Part shown: positions 35,486 through 37,646 of the stretch, piece by piece
Position numbering within the stretch: the first letter of the stretch is position 1
Layout of the letters: every line of letters starts with the position of its first letter
Sequence record: SRR20825019_2074
DNA: 37,646 nucleotides
Strand: one strand, 5' to 3'
The notes under the pieces: model-generated
What the model saw: the letters and a program-made list of their open reading frames with translations, nothing else
What the model was told of the DNA's origin: nothing
Databases searched by the model: none
Made by a program: the position numbers and the translations under genes

Positions 35486-36718
35486 ATGGAAAACCTAGCG
35501 CTCATCGAATCCTTTTCGGAGTTTAAGGACGATAAGTTTATTGACAGGGTGACCCTTATGGCGATTTTGGAAGAAGTATTCCGAAGTGCGTTAAAGAAAA
35601 AATTTGGTTCTGACGACAATTTTGATATCATTATCAACCCCGATAAAGGGGATTTGGAAATATGGAGAAACCGTGTGGTGGTTGAAGATGGGGAGGTTGA
35701 AGAGCCCAATGAGGAAATATCCTTGTCCGAAGCTAGAAAAATCGAGCCCGATTTTGAAGTTGGCGAGGATGTATCAGAAGAGGTAAAGCTTATCGATCTT
35801 GGGAGAAGAGCTATTCTGGCATTGCGCCAAAACTTGATATCCAAGATACATGAGCACGATAATACCACCATCTACAAGCAATTTAAAGACTTGGAAGGTG
35901 AGATATATACCGCTGAGGTGCATCATATCAGACATCGTGCAGTAATTTTGTTGGATGATGAAGGAAACGAAATCATCCTTCCAAAGGAAAAGCAGATACC
36001 TTCCGACTTTTTCCGAAAGGGAGATAATGTTCGAGGAATTATCGAAAGTGTGGAACTTAAAGGAAACAAGCCGGCCATTATCATGTCCAGAACATCACCG
36101 ATTTTCTTGGAGCAATTGTTCTTTCAAGAGATTCCAGAGGTGTTCGATGGCTTGATCACCATTAAAAAAGCAGTTCGTATCCCAGGTGAAAAAGCGAAAG
36201 TTGCTGTTGACTCCTATGATGATAGAATTGATCCCGTGGGTGCCTGTGTGGGTATGAAGGGTTCAAGAATCCATGGTATCGTACGTGAGTTGGGCAACGA
36301 AAATATTGATGTGATCAATTGGACCAACAATCCGCAATTGATGGTGACTAGGGCTTTAAGTCCTGCAAGAGTATCATCCGTTAAACTAAACGATGAGAAA
36401 AAAACAGCACAAGTATACCTAAAGCCGGAGGAGGTTTCCAAAGCTATTGGTAGAGGTGGGCATAATATACGTTTGGCTGGTCAATTGACTGGTTATGAAA
36501 TAGATGTGTTCCGTGAAGGCGTTGAGGAAGATGTGGAGTTGACCGAGTTTTCCGATGAAATCGAAGGCTGGGTAATCGAAGAGTTCAAGAAGATTGGATT
36601 GGATACCGCACGCAGCGTTCTGGAGCAAGATGTTAAAGACTTGGCGAAGCGAACCGATTTAGAAGAGGAAACAATTCAGGAAGTCGTTCGCATCCTCAAG
36701 GAAGAATTTGAAGATTAG
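35486..36718 (+). CDS. nusA: Transcription factor NusA
   Basis: EIPEVFDG, RIPGEKAKVAV, DPVGACVGMKGSRI, AIGRGGHNIRLA. Confidence 0.99.
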   Translation: MENLALIESFSEFKDDKFIDRVTLMAILEEVFRSALKKKFGSDDNFDIIINPDKGDLEIWRNRVVVEDGEVEEPNEEISLSEARKIEPDFEVGEDVSEEVKLIDLGRRAILALRQNLISKIHEHDNTTIYKQFKDLEGEIYTAEVHHIRHRAVILLDDEGNEIILPKEKQIPSDFFRKGDNVRGIIESVELKGNKPAIIMSRTSPIFLEQLFFQEIPEVFDGLITIKKAVRIPGEKAKVAVDSYDDRIDPVGACVGMKGSRIHGIVRELGNENIDVINWTNNPQLMVTRALSPARVSSVKLNDEKKTAQVYLKPEEVSKAIGRGGHNIRLAGQLTGYEIDVFREGVEEDVELTEFSDEIEGWVIEEFKKIGLDTARSVLEQDVKDLAKRTDLEEETIQEVVRILKEEFED

Positions 36719-36759
36719 GCTTATATTAGCAGCGAAAATTTAGGGAAGTAAAATTATTT

Positions 36760-37646
36760 ATGGCAGAAAATCCAACAATACGACTTAACAAAGTTCTCAG
36801 AGAATTGAACATTTCACTGGATAGGGCAGTCGATTACCTAGCCTCGGAAGGGCATGAGGTAGAGGCGCGTCCTACCACTAAAATATCCAATGAGGTGTAT
36901 CAAGTTCTGTTGGATGAGTTCCAAACGGATAAGAGTAAAAAGGTCGCTTCTAAGGAAGTTGGTGAAGAAAAGCGCAAGGAAAAAGAAGCTATCCGAATCC
37001 GTATGGAGAAGGAGCAGGAAGAGCGCAGGTTGGCCAAAGAGAAGAAAGAGGCTGAGCAGGAAGTAGTAAAGGCCAAAGCGGAGCTTGCTGGACCAAAGAC
37101 AGTAGGCAAAATCGATTTGGATAAAAAGCCAGAGCAGCCAAAGAAAGAAGAGCCAAAACAGCAAGAAGAAGCGCCAGCTCAGAAAGAAGAAGCGCCAAAA
37201 GTTGAGCCAGAAAAAGCCAAAGAGACTGAAAAGCCTAAAGCTTCGGAGCCGGAAAAAGCCGTAGAGAAAGAAAGTAAAGAAACTGAAACCAAGGAGGAAA
37301 AGGTTGAGGCGGAAAAACCAAAAGAGGCTACGGAAAGCACTGAGTCTGGTACTTTAAAGACCAATTACCAGAAACTTTCCGGACCTAAAATCACAGGTGA
37401 TAAAATTGACCTTTCGCAGTTCAAGAAACCGGTGAAAAAGAAAAAGGAAGACCCTCAAAAAGGAAACAAGGGAGGGGCTTCATCCGATGCCGGAGAGCGC
37501 AAAAAGCGTCGTAGAAGAATAGTAAAGAATGGCCCGCAAACTGGTGGGGGCAATAGAAATAGTAGGCCTGGAGTAGGTAGAAAGGGACAGCGTTCCAATG
37601 CACCTAAAGTTGAGCCGACAGAAGAAGAAGTACAAAAACAAGTAAG
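36760..37646 (+). CDS. infB: Translation initiation factor IF-2, N-terminal part (runs off the window)
   Basis: Manual translation MAENPTIRLNKVLRELNISLDRAVDYL...PTTKIS, then a Lys/Glu-rich linker; follows nusA; absent from the ORF track because no stop codon lies in the window. Confidence 0.95.
   Translation, partial: MAENPTIRLNKVLRELNISLDRAVDYLASEGHEVEARPTTKISNEVYQVLLDEFQTDKSKKVASKEVGEEKRKEKEAIRIRMEKEQEERRLAKEKKEAEQEVVKAKAELAGPKTVGKIDLDKKPEQPKKEEPKQQEEAPAQKEEAPKVEPEKAKETEKPKASEPEKAVEKESKETETKEEKVEAEKPKEATESTESGTLKTNYQKLSGPKITGDKIDLSQFKKPVKKKKEDPQKGNKGGASSDAGERKKRRRRIVKNGPQTGGGNRNSRPGVGRKGQRSNAPKVEPTEEEVQKQV

Noticed and set aside
36950-37460. Purine-rich low-complexity tract with hydrophobic antisense ORFs
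   Set aside because: Ordinary Lys/Glu/Pro-rich IF-2 linker; the antisense ORFs are its mirror.

Overview
Chromosomal window from a Flavobacteriaceae (Bacteroidota) genome, judged from protein sequences, TAnnTTTG/TTTG promoters and absence of Shine-Dalgarno motifs. It runs from rplM-rpsI-rpsB' at the left to rimP-nusA-infB' at the right. Between them lie a DUF5916 outer-membrane protein, a MarR-linked tyrosine/homogentisate cluster (hppD-hmgA-fahA-flavin reductase-like-small membrane ORF-HisC-like aminotransferase, with no maleylacetoacetate isomerase), TauE, SET, thioredoxin-like, NIPSNAP and MFS genes, polA, glycosylasparaginase/cutC/metallophosphoesterase, a DUF2723 (TMEM260-like) GT-C protein, tRNA-Gln and a large multi-lectin surface protein. 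I saw no integrase, transposase, prophage or CRISPR array. The best candidates for undescribed biology are: (1) a divergent pair of a membrane-anchored HTH/periplasmic-sensor protein and a secreted two-domain protein, with ACCGAA boxes between them; (2) a PA14/C-type lectin adhesin ending in a short [14 protein letters not shown] tail instead of a canonical T9SS CTD; (3) a possible maiA substitute in the homogentisate operon; (4) inverted heptamer arrays and REP-like palindromes at gene junctions; (5) a cysteine-free thioredoxin and an orphan HEPN-motif gene. All family calls come from motif recognition by eye; no searches were run.
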